From assembly GCA_963805085.1 (NCBI GenBank), contig CAWDTA010000003.1, forward strand, positions 1 to 64,000: a stretch of 64,000 nucleotides of DNA, read 5' to 3'. Origin of the DNA: an uncultured Veillonellaceae bacterium. GTDB lineage: Bacteria; Bacillota; Negativicutes; JARBTT01. The stretch's first letter is position 1; each line of letters starts with the position of its first letter. This document shows positions 38,609 through 48,924 of this stretch, piece by piece. Below the pieces are notes generated by a model, which had not been told where the DNA came from, did no database searches, and saw only the letters and a list, made by a program, of their open reading frames with translations. Position numbers and translations under genes: made by a program.

Positions 38609-39127
38609 TTATATGACGAGTTTTAGCTTGTGTAAAGCTCGATTTTTGGTTTGATTGATAGCTTGCCTTGTTACATTATTTATAAAAGAAATTTCTTTTA
38701 CGGAAAATCCATAAATATATATCATAGTTAAGATGTCTTTTTCTTTTGAATTTAAATGCATGAATAAATCGTGCATAAAAAACTCTTGCTCAGTATTATC
38801 ATGGTATGGAATTTGTAAAGTTTCTTGTAAGTCTACTTCCTTAAAAATTTTGGTTGCACTTTTTTTAGCAAGTTTAAAATATCTATGTTTAAGGCTTTTA
38901 GAAATATAAGCTAAAAGTATTTTATCATTCTTTAAATATTCTTTGTCTAAGCATAGTTTAGCGATAAGTTCAATTAAAAAAATTGTTAAATCCTGTAGAG
39001 TATCTTCTTGGTCTAGTCTTCGACTATAAGCATTCATTTGCTTTGAAAAAACTTGAATAATTGTATCCAGTGCAATAGCATCCTTCTTTTTTGCTTTCAA
39101 AATAAGTTGGTATAATTTTAATGGCAT
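38609..39127 (-). CDS. alternative sigma factor, TcdR/BotR/UviA-like (group 5)
   Basis: 172 aa and basic. LILKAK...IIQVF...YSRRL..ED..QDL.IFLIELI, YISKSLKHRY, and region 4 LNSKEKDIL...GFSVKEIS...VTRQAINQTKNRALHKLK. Confidence 0.75.
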   Translation of the reverse strand: MPLKLYQLILKAKKKDAIALDTIIQVFSKQMNAYSRRLDQEDTLQDLTIFLIELIAKLCLDKEYLKNDKILLAYISKSLKHRYFKLAKKSATKIFKEVDLQETLQIPYHDNTEQEFFMHDLFMHLNSKEKDILTMIYIYGFSVKEISFINNVTRQAINQTKNRALHKLKLVI

Positions 39128-39149
39128 ATAAAAATCCCCTTTATTAGAT

Positions 39150-39177
39150 AAAGAGATTTTTACATAAAAATTGTAAA
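39150..39177 (-). promoter_or_regulatory. putative autoregulatory group-5 sigma promoter TTTACA-16-CTCTTT
   Basis: Read directly upstream of the sigma gene RBS; resembles TcdR/UviA-type promoter elements. Confidence 0.55.
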
Positions 39178-39454
39178 CTATGAAATGTAAAAAAAGATAT
39201 AAATTGACAAAATAATTATATAAATTAAAGAATGTATTTACAAATTGATATTTAAAATCTTATAAATAGATATGATGTTTATATAAAGTGCTTAATTATT
39301 ATTGTAAAAGATAAAGGATTATCTTTTGCAAGTGGAATATGAAAGTCAACTAATACAAAATGATGATTTGGATAGAGTAGTTGATAGTGTAAATGTTTAG
39401 CAGGCAGCTTTATTTATATATAGACAGACGGCGATGCTCTTCATTTATCGAATT

Positions 39455-39910
39455 TTAGTTGTTATCTTTTAAATATATAACTATACTAGTTTTACATTTC
39501 ACCATAAAAAACAAAATTCCTGCCAAAATAATACAATTATTGATAAAAATTCTTATTTGAATGATAAAATGGGCAAGGGGAGAGAGTGTAAATTTTTGAA
39601 GCACGGCACATCTTTGAATTTTGCATATATGTGGTTTATTGGTATAACCCCGATAGTGTCTTGTTGGTTGACTGTCAACATGAATGTTGACTAATAGGTT
39701 GGATTGATCTTGTTGATAAAGCCATTCAGCCAACACTTCATTTCTCATGGCGGTGATTTCGTTATAGGCGTAATCTAATGCGATGGAAAGAAACAAATTT
39801 CCGGTATCATCCGAATGCGTTAGCGTGTAATGCCTAAAGGTACTTGGCTTTTTCGGTGTGACTCCGGGGTGAAATTTAACATATAGTTTATTGGGATCTA
39901 ATCTATTCAT
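39455..39910 (-). pseudogene. Staygreen-family protein, apparently decayed in its 3' half
   Basis: LDPNKLYV, RHYTLTHSDDTGNLFLSI and MRNEVLAEW are Staygreen-like, and similarity is lost after about residue 80. GGAGG RBS present. Confidence 0.6.
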
Positions 39911-40032
39911 CTGTATACCTCCACAGCTTAAGATGCTTTGTGTATTTTATGAATAAAAAGCATATTCATGACTAAAGATAGTTCAAAGGAATACTATCTA
40001 CAGAAAATAAAAGAAATGGGAAATGAAACATA

Positions 40033-40138
40033 TTGACAAGCATCCTCCGAAAGAGTATTCTTTAGCTAGACTAAATTCAATATGTTTCGTAAGAAGAAAA
40101 GGCTTCTGAAGGATTTTTTTACTCAGAAGTCTTTTTTT
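40033..40138 (+). promoter_or_regulatory. promoter TTGACA-17-TATTCT followed by a leader terminator upstream of yidC
   Basis: Hairpin AGGCTTCTGA/TCAGAAGTCT plus a T-run at 40100-40138. Confidence 0.65.
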
Positions 40139-40179
40139 GTATAAAAAGAATATGTGAACTATTTTAAAATATAAAGGAT

Positions 40180-40836
40180 GTGAAGTTTTTGTTCGATTAT
40201 TTTATTGGATTTATGCAATCGATGGTAACTTTTTTTTATGATATTACAGCTGATTTTGGATTCCCCAATTATGGCATAGCTATTATTTTATTCACTATCG
40301 CTATTAAGAGTTTATTGTTTCCTTTAACAGCGAAACAGATGAAATCAATGAAAGCGATGAAAGAAATCGGCCCTCAATTAAAAGCAGTACAAGATAAATA
40401 TAAAAATGATAAAACCGCCCAACAAAAAGCGGTTGCTGATTTATATAAAGAAACCGGTATCAATCCTTTGGCTGGGTGCTTGCCCCTCATTGTGCAAATG
40501 CCTATTCTGAGTGGAATGTTCTATGCTTTGAGAAGCTATAAATATTTGAGTCACCCTGGATTCCTCTGGATAAAAAATCTATCGGCCGTGGATCATTTTT
40601 ATATTTTACCAATATTGGCAGCATTGACTACCTATTTGTCATCGAAGCAAAGTAGTATGGCAGTTTCCGAGAATGCAAATCCCGCTGGTAAGATAGTAGT
40701 ATTTGTTATGCCGCTTTTTATCGGATATATGACCTTACATTTTCCCGCTGGACTAGGCTTGTATTGGGTTGTTAGTAATCTGATGCAAATAGTGCAACAA
40801 CGGTTACTACAAAGAAAAGAACTTGCAATCTCGTAG
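40180..40836 (+). CDS. yidC: YidC/Oxa1 membrane protein insertase (short, stand-alone copy)
   Basis: YGIAIILFTI, NPLAGCLPLIVQMPI, FLWI and PAGLGLYWVVSN motifs. Confidence 0.92.
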   Translation: MKFLFDYFIGFMQSMVTFFYDITADFGFPNYGIAIILFTIAIKSLLFPLTAKQMKSMKAMKEIGPQLKAVQDKYKNDKTAQQKAVADLYKETGINPLAGCLPLIVQMPILSGMFYALRSYKYLSHPGFLWIKNLSAVDHFYILPILAALTTYLSSKQSSMAVSENANPAGKIVVFVMPLFIGYMTLHFPAGLGLYWVVSNLMQIVQQRLLQRKELAIS

Positions 40837-41053
40837 TATAAATTGTGTTTCCTAGCTTAGCTAAAGCGAGTTGCGGAATAAAGAATGTTAAAAAATTAGA
40901 GCCTAAAACCGTTTATTTAATGGTTTTAGGCTCTTTTAAAATTTGCGGTATTTATTTAGTGCTCTTTAAAAAAGTGGGAAGTGCTTTAGCATAAGCAAGA
41001 TGCTTCTTCGATTAATCTCAATGTTTATTCAGTAATATTTGCTTATAATCACG

Positions 41054-41428
41054 CTATTTTCCAAAGAAGAAACTACTAATAAGAATCAGAAAAACGATGG
41101 TTGATATGCCTACATATAACCAATCTTTTTCTGTAATAAAAACGATCGCCGAAACCCCGACCCGCATGATAGGTGTTAAAATGAGTAACACCAGCCCGAA
41201 CATAATTATGCCAAAAGGTTTAAATGCAAGGGCGCCAGCGACAATATCATCAAGCTTCGTTGGATAGGAATGTCCGATATATCCGCCCTCACCAGTTAGA
41301 AAAAAACGTACCATCCCCACTAGAATTACGGTTGCGCTGAGTAGCACACCAATACGTAAAGAATAACTTACAAATAGCTCCGCTTTATTAATTGCATGTT
41401 GAGAGGACTCACTTTGATGCTCTGCCAT
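41054..41428 (-). CDS. DUF1634-like membrane protein
   Basis: LRIGVLLS and GLVLLILTPIMRV motifs; coupled to the TSUP gene. Confidence 0.8.
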   Translation of the reverse strand: MAEHQSESSQHAINKAELFVSYSLRIGVLLSATVILVGMVRFFLTGEGGYIGHSYPTKLDDIVAGALAFKPFGIIMFGLVLLILTPIMRVGVSAIVFITEKDWLYVGISTIVFLILISSFFFGK

Positions 41429-42273
41429 TATAATTTTACCCCCAATCCTTGTAATATCATTTGCATACCAATGTACATCAGAATAGGGATAAATAATTTG
41501 CGAATCGTTTTGCTTTTCAACTTCTGCATAAGTCGTGCGCCAATGGTTGACCCTATTAGAACACCAAGTGCTACCGGAGCCGATATCACAGGGTCAATAT
41601 CTCCGCGATATAAGTAAATTGCAGCACTAGCGGCGCCAGTTACGCCCATCATAAAGTTGCTCGTTGCGCTTGATACTTTTAAAGGAAGTTTCATGAAAAT
41701 ATCCATTGCCATGACTTTGAAGCTCCCACTGCCAATTCCCAAAAGGCCAGAGATAACGCCAGCCCCATACATAACGCCAAAGCCACTGTATACATTGGCT
41801 GCTTTATAGGAAACCTGTTTTTTTAGTGCTTTATCATAGTATTCACCTTGGAGTTTAAGCGTTTTTGCCATCGGGTGCTCTGTCACCTCACCCGGTAATT
41901 CTTGTTTTACTTTCTTCAACATTAATATCGCCGAGTAGATTAAAAATACACCAAAAATAGAATATAATAAATTTGGTGCAATGATTCCACCGATAATGGC
42001 CCCCGTAATGGCACCAACCGTTGTGGCAATTTCCAAAAACATGCCAACGCGAATGTTGGTGATACCATCGCGAATATAAGCAATGGCTGCGCCACTTGAG
42101 GTGGCAATTACTGAAATCAGACTAGCCCCAATGGCATAGTGGATATCCACTCCAAACAAAAATGTTAAGGCAGGCGTCATAATGATTCCTCCGCCAAGTC
42201 CCAAGATAGCCCCCATAATTCCTGCTGAAATTGCAATGAGTAAGATCTTTAAAGCTACAATCTCCACATTCAA
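41428..42273 (-). CDS. TSUP (TauE/SafE) family transporter
   Basis: GAILGLGGG, GLLGIGSG and ATSNFMMGVT motifs. Confidence 0.9.
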   Translation of the reverse strand: MNVEIVALKILLIAISAGIMGAILGLGGGIIMTPALTFLFGVDIHYAIGASLISVIATSSGAAIAYIRDGITNIRVGMFLEIATTVGAITGAIIGGIIAPNLLYSIFGVFLIYSAILMLKKVKQELPGEVTEHPMAKTLKLQGEYYDKALKKQVSYKAANVYSGFGVMYGAGVISGLLGIGSGSFKVMAMDIFMKLPLKVSSATSNFMMGVTGAASAAIYLYRGDIDPVISAPVALGVLIGSTIGARLMQKLKSKTIRKLFIPILMYIGMQMILQGLGVKL

Positions 42274-42459
42274 TCACTCCAATCTTTTTGTTTGTCAATA
42301 AAAGTTGGTAAAATACTAATTTTACCAATATAATAACATTTCTCTATGATATGTACTTTAATCCCATTCACAAGTATAATATAAAATATACAATCGTTCA
42401 ATATTTTTATTTACTTTTTTACAATGTAAAGTACAATTCTGAAAGGAAGAGCTATAACC

Positions 42460-42915
42460 ATGCAATTTAAAAATCTCGATGAAATCGATCGGCAAATTCT
42501 AAAACACTTATCCTCGAATGGACGGTTGAGCCATGCTGAGCTTGGACGGCTCGTGGGATTAACCCGCGCCGCTGTCCGTGAACGAGTTGGGCAACTTGTT
42601 GAGCACGGGATTATTAGTCATTTTACCATTGTTGTAAATCCATTAAAGGCAGGGAAGAATCTTTCAATTTTTTTTAACATTTGTGTAGAATGGTCTAAAA
42701 TTGATCAGATCGCACAAGAGCTTTTAGATTCTGAAGAAATCACCAATGTATATCAAATGAGTGGTAGGCCTCATTTACATGTGCATGCATTATTTGATGA
42801 TCAAGATCATGCGAGCTCTTACGTTCAGAAGTTACGAGATATTGATGGAATTTCCAGTGTTGAATCCGAATTTCTTATCACACGTTACAAAGAACGGGGT
42901 GCTTTACTGATTTGA
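42460..42915 (+). CDS. Lrp/AsnC-family regulator
   Basis: LDEIDRQIL...NGRLSHAELGRLVGLT...RERV. Confidence 0.92.
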   Translation: MQFKNLDEIDRQILKHLSSNGRLSHAELGRLVGLTRAAVRERVGQLVEHGIISHFTIVVNPLKAGKNLSIFFNICVEWSKIDQIAQELLDSEEITNVYQMSGRPHLHVHALFDDQDHASSYVQKLRDIDGISSVESEFLITRYKERGALLI

Positions 42916-42997
42916 TACAAAACAAGCTTCAACTCTTACATCAGGCAGAGTTGAAGCTTGTTTTAGTTAGTAATATGATTTACTTAAAATATTATGT

Positions 42998-43029
42998 TTG
43001 ACTATAACATAGGTGTCATACTTTATAAT
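42998..43029 (+). promoter_or_regulatory. MerR-type long-spacer promoter with dyad
   Basis: TTGACT-20-TATAAT containing the dyad TATAACA-TAGG-TGTCATA. Confidence 0.75.
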
Positions 43030-43061
43030 GGAGAAGCATGGAGAGCAGGAAGGAGATTAAC

Positions 43062-43409
43062 GTGTTAATTAGAGAATTATCGCGCCATACTGGTGCAAGT
43101 ATAAGATCCATAAGATATTACGAGTCAAAAGGGTTAGTTTATGCTGAGCGTTTGGCAAATGGCTATCGCGATTATGACGATAGCGCAATTGCCAAAGTAA
43201 AGACAATTCAACTGTATCTTGGTTTAGGGCTTACGACTGATAATATTGTCCAAATTATCGATTGTCCGACTTTGCCACAAACGAATCAGCCATTGTGCAA
43301 GGAAGCTTATAAGTTGTATAAGGCTAAATTAGATGAAGTAAATGAGCAGATAGCAATACTACATACGATTCAATTGAAGTTACAAGAGAGACTTGGTGAG
43401 ATGGAATAG
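43062..43409 (+). CDS. MerR-family regulator
   Basis: IRELS...SIRYYE.KGL...R.ANGYRDY. GTG start after AAGGAG. Confidence 0.92.
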   Translation: MLIRELSRHTGASIRSIRYYESKGLVYAERLANGYRDYDDSAIAKVKTIQLYLGLGLTTDNIVQIIDCPTLPQTNQPLCKEAYKLYKAKLDEVNEQIAILHTIQLKLQERLGEME

Positions 43410-43430
43410 ATAATAAGGAGGAATTTTGTT

Positions 43431-44216
43431 ATGGTTATTGATAGTCATGCCCACGTTATGCTTCCAGAGGAGCATCAACTAGAATTAATGAAAGAAGCTA
43501 AGGTTGATCGGACGATTCTTTTTTCTTCTACCATTCATCCAGAAACGGCAAATAGTATCGAAACATTTGAAACAGAACTGAATAAATTGTACGATATTTT
43601 AAATGGCATAAAAAATCCAGTAGAGGAAAGAATTCAGGCGATTGAGGAACTTGCCAAAGTAGTTAGGGACAATCCAGAAAAATATATTGGCTTTGGCGCT
43701 ATACCATTGGGGTTATCGTATGATGAAAACTTAGTTTGGATAGAAAAATATATTATAGCCAATAAATTTCGCGGGATAGGGGAATTGGCTCCAGGTTCGG
43801 GAAATGTATCTGAATTGGAAGCATTGTTTCGCGCTTCACAGGAAGTTGGCAATTTACCGCTATGGGTGCATACTTTTTTCCCGTTGAATTTTGCAGATAT
43901 CAAAGAATTGCTTAGCTTAGCAAAACAGTACGCGAGTGTGCCAACGATCATCGGGCATATGGGCGGAATGCATTGGCTAGATACCTTGAAAGCAGTTCGC
44001 GATCTACCCAATACCTATTTAGACTTATCGGCAACGTATACTACGATAGCCCCATTATTTGCCATAAAAGAATTTCCCGAGAGAACCTTTTTTAGTTCGG
44101 ACGCTCCTTATTGTTCACCTTTAGTAGCAAGAACAATCATCGAGCAACTCGTGAAAGATTCACATGTCTTACAGCAAGTTTTAGGTGGCAATATCGCTAG
44201 ACTTTTGAAGCTGTAA
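43431..44216 (+). CDS. amidohydrolase family protein
   Basis: IDSHAH, GIGEL, WVHT, GHMGG and FSSDAPY motifs. Confidence 0.88.
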   Translation: MVIDSHAHVMLPEEHQLELMKEAKVDRTILFSSTIHPETANSIETFETELNKLYDILNGIKNPVEERIQAIEELAKVVRDNPEKYIGFGAIPLGLSYDENLVWIEKYIIANKFRGIGELAPGSGNVSELEALFRASQEVGNLPLWVHTFFPLNFADIKELLSLAKQYASVPTIIGHMGGMHWLDTLKAVRDLPNTYLDLSATYTTIAPLFAIKEFPERTFFSSDAPYCSPLVARTIIEQLVKDSHVLQQVLGGNIARLLKL

Positions 44217-44331
44217 GATAGTTTTAAAACTGGGGTTAAAGTGTTAAAAAGTATTCAGATTGAAAGAGTGCTTATCATCACAAAAGTGCATTTTTAGCGC
44301 AATTATGTGTTTGTCTGAGCTCGAATGAGTC

Positions 44332-44384
44332 AATAAGAGGCCAGTATTTGTAGGAACAATTCCTACAAATACTGGCCTCTTATT
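44332..44384. repeat. perfect 25-bp inverted repeat (terminator-like)
   Basis: AATAAGAGGCCAGTATTTGTAGGAA-CAA-TTCCTACAAATACTGGCCTCTTATT. Confidence 0.8.
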
Positions 44385-44588
44385 CTTACAAAAAAGTCAG
44401 ATTCAGTCTGCTATTTTTACTTTTTTTTTAGTGAGATAATATTAATAGGATTTATTATATTATAAGGATTTTAGGAGGGGGAAGTTTATATTTATTAGCG
44501 AGGTATTAGGCGTAAATCCACGTAGTATTTAATGATAATGCTGCAACTACCGAATAGAAGAAATTAAAGAAATGGGGTACACAAATTT

Positions 44589-45935
44589 ATGGGAAGCCTT
44601 TGGAACTTTTTCAAAACTGGAGCAGACATAGCGTTACTTAATGATCCAGCTAAAATTAAATCTCTATTTAATAAAAGTCGATGGCAAGTGTTTGGTTCTA
44701 TTACATTTGGTTATGCTTTATTTTATGTATTGAGACTTAATTTTTCTGTGATTAAGAAACCACTGATGGCCAATGGTATATTGGATGCACAACAATTGGG
44801 GATTATGGGATCGGCTTTTTTTATCGCATATGGACTTGGTAAATTTACAAATAGTTTTCTAGCGGACAGAATGAATAATAAACGATTTTTTGCTTTTGGT
44901 CTATTTATGTCTTCTATTGTTAGTACGCTTATGGGCTTTTGTAATTCATTTACGCCACTTATCGTTTTATGGGCGATCAATGGCTGGTTTCAGTCTTTTG
45001 GTGCTGGGCCTTGTATTGTTGCTTTGAATCAATGGTTTACAAATAAAGAACGTGGTACCTATTATGGCGTTTGGTTTACAAGTCATAATCTTGGTGCTGC
45101 CTTTACGTATGTAGTGACAGCGGTAATTGTTGGTAGTTATAGTTGGCAGATGGGATTCATTATACCAGGGATCGTTTGCTTAATTGGTACAGCTCTTATC
45201 TTTTTCTGTATGCATGATCGTCCTGAAACGATGGGCTTGCCAAACGTAGAAGCTTATAAAGGTGAAGAGCAGATTGTTACTACTAAAAAAAGCTCTAAAT
45301 CTGTAGGTCAACTTCAATGGGAAGTTGTTAAAAATCCAGCAGTATGGATTCTTGGTTTAGCAAGTCTTAGCTGCTATATCACACGGTATGCAATTGAAAG
45401 TTGGGGCATTATTTACTTAACAGCGGAAAAAGGGTATTCAACTATGGGCGCCGGCAGTATACTTGGTGTAATGCAATTTGCTGGAATTTTTGGTGCTTTG
45501 ACTTGTGGTCTTGTATCGGACAAGTTTTTTAATCATAAACGCAACAAACCAGCACTGATGTATGGCGTTTTATATACGATATCTATTGCACTTTTCCTTT
45601 GGGCACCAGCGAGTACAGCAATGGATATGTTTAGTATGTGTTTATATGGTTTTACTATGGGTGCGCTTGTATGTTACTTAGGCGGACTTATGGCAGTTGA
45701 TATTTGTCCTAAACGTGCAACCGGTGCTGCGATGGGGATGATAGGCCTTTTAAGTTATGCGGGGGCAGCATTGCAAGAACTTATTAGTGGGTATCTTATC
45801 AATGCCAATATGACAATCGCTAACGGTCAAAAGGTTTATGATTTTACCCTTGCTGGTCAGTTTTGGGTAGGCGCAGCAGTCGTTTCTTGTTTATTGGCAA
45901 CATTAGTATGGAACGCAAAACCGAAAGAAGAATAA
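44589..45935 (+). CDS. MFS organophosphate:Pi antiporter (GlpT/UhpC/PgtP family)
   Basis: GYALFYVLRLNFS, AYGLGKF, NGWFQ, ERGTYYGVWFTSHNLG and DRPETMGLP motifs. Confidence 0.9.
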   Translation: MGSLWNFFKTGADIALLNDPAKIKSLFNKSRWQVFGSITFGYALFYVLRLNFSVIKKPLMANGILDAQQLGIMGSAFFIAYGLGKFTNSFLADRMNNKRFFAFGLFMSSIVSTLMGFCNSFTPLIVLWAINGWFQSFGAGPCIVALNQWFTNKERGTYYGVWFTSHNLGAAFTYVVTAVIVGSYSWQMGFIIPGIVCLIGTALIFFCMHDRPETMGLPNVEAYKGEEQIVTTKKSSKSVGQLQWEVVKNPAVWILGLASLSCYITRYAIESWGIIYLTAEKGYSTMGAGSILGVMQFAGIFGALTCGLVSDKFFNHKRNKPALMYGVLYTISIALFLWAPASTAMDMFSMCLYGFTMGALVCYLGGLMAVDICPKRATGAAMGMIGLLSYAGAALQELISGYLINANMTIANGQKVYDFTLAGQFWVGAAVVSCLLATLVWNAKPKEE

Positions 45936-46161
45936 ATATATTTGTTATGTATCAAACAAATATATTTTGTGGCTAAAATAAAACTATGCTTTGTCTTTAC
46001 AATGAGTGAGATAGTTCTACTAAAGGAACTTTATCTCCTCATTGTTGTAGTTTAATTCAGAAGAAGACAAAGTGTGGCGGACATATCAAAGTTTCAGCGT
46101 TTAAGTACTTCTCGAAATTTCTAAGCGTTTTTCCTACTATATTATATAAGGAGATCCGATT

Positions 46162-47028
46162 ATGAATCTTAACCTTAATTGTATACTCTGTAATTTAAAG
46201 CAAGTCTTAACAGTAACAGATTTGGTCAAACTTGATTCTGTTAGCCGAGAAATAATTATGCGTGATGTTCTTGGATATTTACATGAAACTAATTTTAGAA
46301 GATCTAACCCTGAAGTTATAAAGGGTACGTGGGACATTATTACGAAGCATATAAAAAATACTAATCCTTACAGAGAAATAAAAAATTACTACAATCGTGA
46401 AATTATTAATATTGCTGACAAGGTAAGAAATATAATTAATGATTCGGACGATAAGTTCATGGCAGCCTTAAAAATTGCTATTACAGCGAACTTGATTGAC
46501 TTTGCTGCTAGTCATACTTTTGACGCAAAAATGCTGTTTGAAAAAATAAATTCTATTAATGAGCAAAATATGCCCATTGATGATAGTAAAAAATTATTCG
46601 AAAATTTAAAGAACGCAAAAACTTTGCTGTACTTGGGGGATAACTGCGGCGAAATTGTTCTTGATAAGATTTTTATCGAATACATACACAAAGTATTTCC
46701 GAATATTAAAGTTTATTTTGGTGTAAGAGGCGAGCCGATTGTTAATGACGTTACAATAGAAGATGCAGATATGGTGAAAATGGAAGAAGTGGCTGAAGTA
46801 ATTACTAATGGCGATGGTTCGCTTGGTACGGTAATTGAAAAAACGAGTTTAGTTTTTAAAGATGTATTTTATAAAGCTGACGTAATTATTGCTAAAGGTC
46901 AAGGAAACTATGAAAGCTTGAGCGAAATCAATCGCAGTCATATTTTCTTTCTTTTTATGGCAAAATGTAATGTTGTAGCAAGTTCATTGAACGTAGCTAA
47001 TCTATCAATAGTTTGTTGTGAGAATTAG
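46162..47028 (+). CDS. DUF89/ARMT1-like damage-control phosphatase
   Basis: CILC, ANLIDF, DNCGEIVLD, IVNDVT and AKGQGNYESL motifs. Confidence 0.9.
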   Translation: MNLNLNCILCNLKQVLTVTDLVKLDSVSREIIMRDVLGYLHETNFRRSNPEVIKGTWDIITKHIKNTNPYREIKNYYNREIINIADKVRNIINDSDDKFMAALKIAITANLIDFAASHTFDAKMLFEKINSINEQNMPIDDSKKLFENLKNAKTLLYLGDNCGEIVLDKIFIEYIHKVFPNIKVYFGVRGEPIVNDVTIEDADMVKMEEVAEVITNGDGSLGTVIEKTSLVFKDVFYKADVIIAKGQGNYESLSEINRSHIFFLFMAKCNVVASSLNVANLSIVCCEN

Positions 47029-47059
47029 ATAAGGCAATATTTATACTTACATAAAAACA

Positions 47060-47104
47060 GGGACAGGGGACTCAAATCCAAACACAGGAAGTGAGTCCAT
47101 GTCT
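47060..47104. repeat. isolated REP-like hairpin
   Basis: GGGACAGGGGACTCA...TGAGTCCATGTCTC; the start resembles the RAYT-flanking GGGACAAGGGGAC. Confidence 0.5.
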
Positions 47105-47304
47105 CGTACATCTATTTCAACAATCCACAATTTTATTAAAAATGTTTTTCAACACATCCAGAGTATGCACTTAGCAATTTGAAAAAAGCAATCTGGTAAT
47201 ATGTCAAGCCCATAAAAAATAAATTTTGTAAGCAATCCGTAAAAAATGGGTGCACTAAACAAGCTTCTTCTTCAAAACAAAGAAAAAGTAAAATAATGGA
47301 ACTA

Positions 47305-48585
47305 TTAAATTTGGCTTACTCTACTTGGAGAGTAAAGCTGATGGTTGACCAGCAATCCAAAAATCAGCCGGATGAATTTACGAGCAGTAAGTGCGAGTGC
47401 GCGTTTGTGCTGATGAGTTTTAACTTCATCATACTTTTTCTGGTAAAAAGCTGCATATTCAGCTAAATGATTCTTTACATGGCTTGCAGCTTCAATTAAA
47501 TAGTATCTGAGATAAGTATTGCCAGCTTTTGAAAGGATGGTATCATCGGCTCTGAAATTGCCAGATTGGTTTTCACGCCAGACAAGACCAGCATATTTAG
47601 CAAGAGCTTCCTGAGACTTAAAGGCCTCAATAGAACCAATCTCAGCAATAATGCCAGCAGCATAAACCGGACCAATTCCAGGAATGGATAAAAGGCTTTG
47701 GTAAGCGTTAGGATCAAGTCCCCGAAGCGTTTTCTCAATAGCCTTATTGATAGCCTTCATTTCAGATTCATAGGCTGAAATAAGGTTAAATGATGAGGCG
47801 ATAGAGATAGTTAAAGGCTCGTATAAACATTTATCCAATCGGTAGGAATTGCGAGCGGCTTGCTGTAGTAAAGAAGCTGTGTGTTCAGGATTTGCAAAAC
47901 GATTTTTGCCTTTTTTACAAATGTGTTCAATTAGTGCTGCCATCGGCATGTTAGCGATATCTTCGGTAGAAAGAAAATCAGTTAAAACCGAAGAAGCGGC
48001 AGCGCCATAGTTATTAGAAAAGGGCTGCTTATCATCGTCGAGAATAGAAAACTCACTAAATTTAAGAAAGATGTTTGAAAGCATATAGGTTTTCTCACGA
48101 GTAAGAGAACGAGCTATATGTAATCGATGGCGAGTTAGACGCTGCAAAGCTAAAAATTGACTGCCGCGCCAAGGAGCAGAGGTAATTCTGCCAACTCTAG
48201 CAAAATCAGCGATAATAAAAGAATCAATTGCATCAGTTTTGCCTAGACCGATATAAGACTTTTTGTAATTGGCAACCATCTTGGGATTTATACAGTAAAC
48301 ATGAGTGTCAAATGGCATCAATAATTCACAGGAAGATAAGTAGTTAGCTATGTGAATACCATAGAAAGATGTAGATTCTAAGGCAACAACCAGCTTATTA
48401 AGATCATGATTTTCAGAAAAAAAATCATGAAACTTTTTAGCCATTTCAACTGCACCTGGTTGATTATTGGGCACAGTAAATCGCAACAGTTTTTGCTCTT
48501 CAAAATCAATAGCGCAAACGACATTTTCGCGGGAACTTATGTCAATTCCCACAAACAAAGTAGAAAGAAGATCCGCCTTCTTCAT
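47305..48585 (-). CDS. IS110-family DEDD recombinase/transposase
   Basis: FVGIDIS, ALESTSFY, KTDAIDS, SIPGIG and NQSG motifs. Confidence 0.95.
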   Translation of the reverse strand: MKKADLLSTLFVGIDISSRENVVCAIDFEEQKLLRFTVPNNQPGAVEMAKKFHDFFSENHDLNKLVVALESTSFYGIHIANYLSSCELLMPFDTHVYCINPKMVANYKKSYIGLGKTDAIDSFIIADFARVGRITSAPWRGSQFLALQRLTRHRLHIARSLTREKTYMLSNIFLKFSEFSILDDDKQPFSNNYGAAASSVLTDFLSTEDIANMPMAALIEHICKKGKNRFANPEHTASLLQQAARNSYRLDKCLYEPLTISIASSFNLISAYESEMKAINKAIEKTLRGLDPNAYQSLLSIPGIGPVYAAGIIAEIGSIEAFKSQEALAKYAGLVWRENQSGNFRADDTILSKAGNTYLRYYLIEAASHVKNHLAEYAAFYQKKYDEVKTHQHKRALALTARKFIRLIFGLLVNHQLYSPSRVSQI

Positions 48586-48627
48586 AGAAATGTCACCACC
48601 TTTCTGGCTGAGAATAAGAAAGATAGA

Positions 48628-48924
48628 AAAGGAATACCCTGATCTTATTCACTGACCGCAGCCTCGCATAATAAGCATTCATCTGTGAAAGTAAATTTGC
48701 TGGAAAGCTTTCGCCAAGAGACGCAACATCTGTGTAAGCGGTATTTGATGAATAAGGCAGGCGTCAAGCTTTAAAAGCAATAACCAAAAGGTTTCGCAAG
48801 GAGGATAAGACGTTACCTTTGCTAAAATCTCTTAGAAATATTTTAGCATCAAGGGATTCCTTTAAGCATTAAAAAATAAAAAATAAGTTTTGTAAACAAT
48901 GGCGGATTATTGTTTACAAAACTT
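48628..48924 (-). ncRNA. predicted bridge RNA of IS110 element 2
   Basis: Target-matching segments at 48799-48805 and 48769-48772; donor-matching segments at 48728-48732 and 48663-48666, each pair inside a stem. RNA ends are approximate. Confidence 0.72.

Noticed and set aside
40082-40144. Leader peptide MFRKKKRLLKDFFTQKSFFV before yidC
   Set aside because: No RBS and no TM segment, so it is not MifM-like.
44332-44384. Long perfect palindrome as a MITE
   Set aside because: Single copy in the window with no target duplication; kept only as an inverted repeat.
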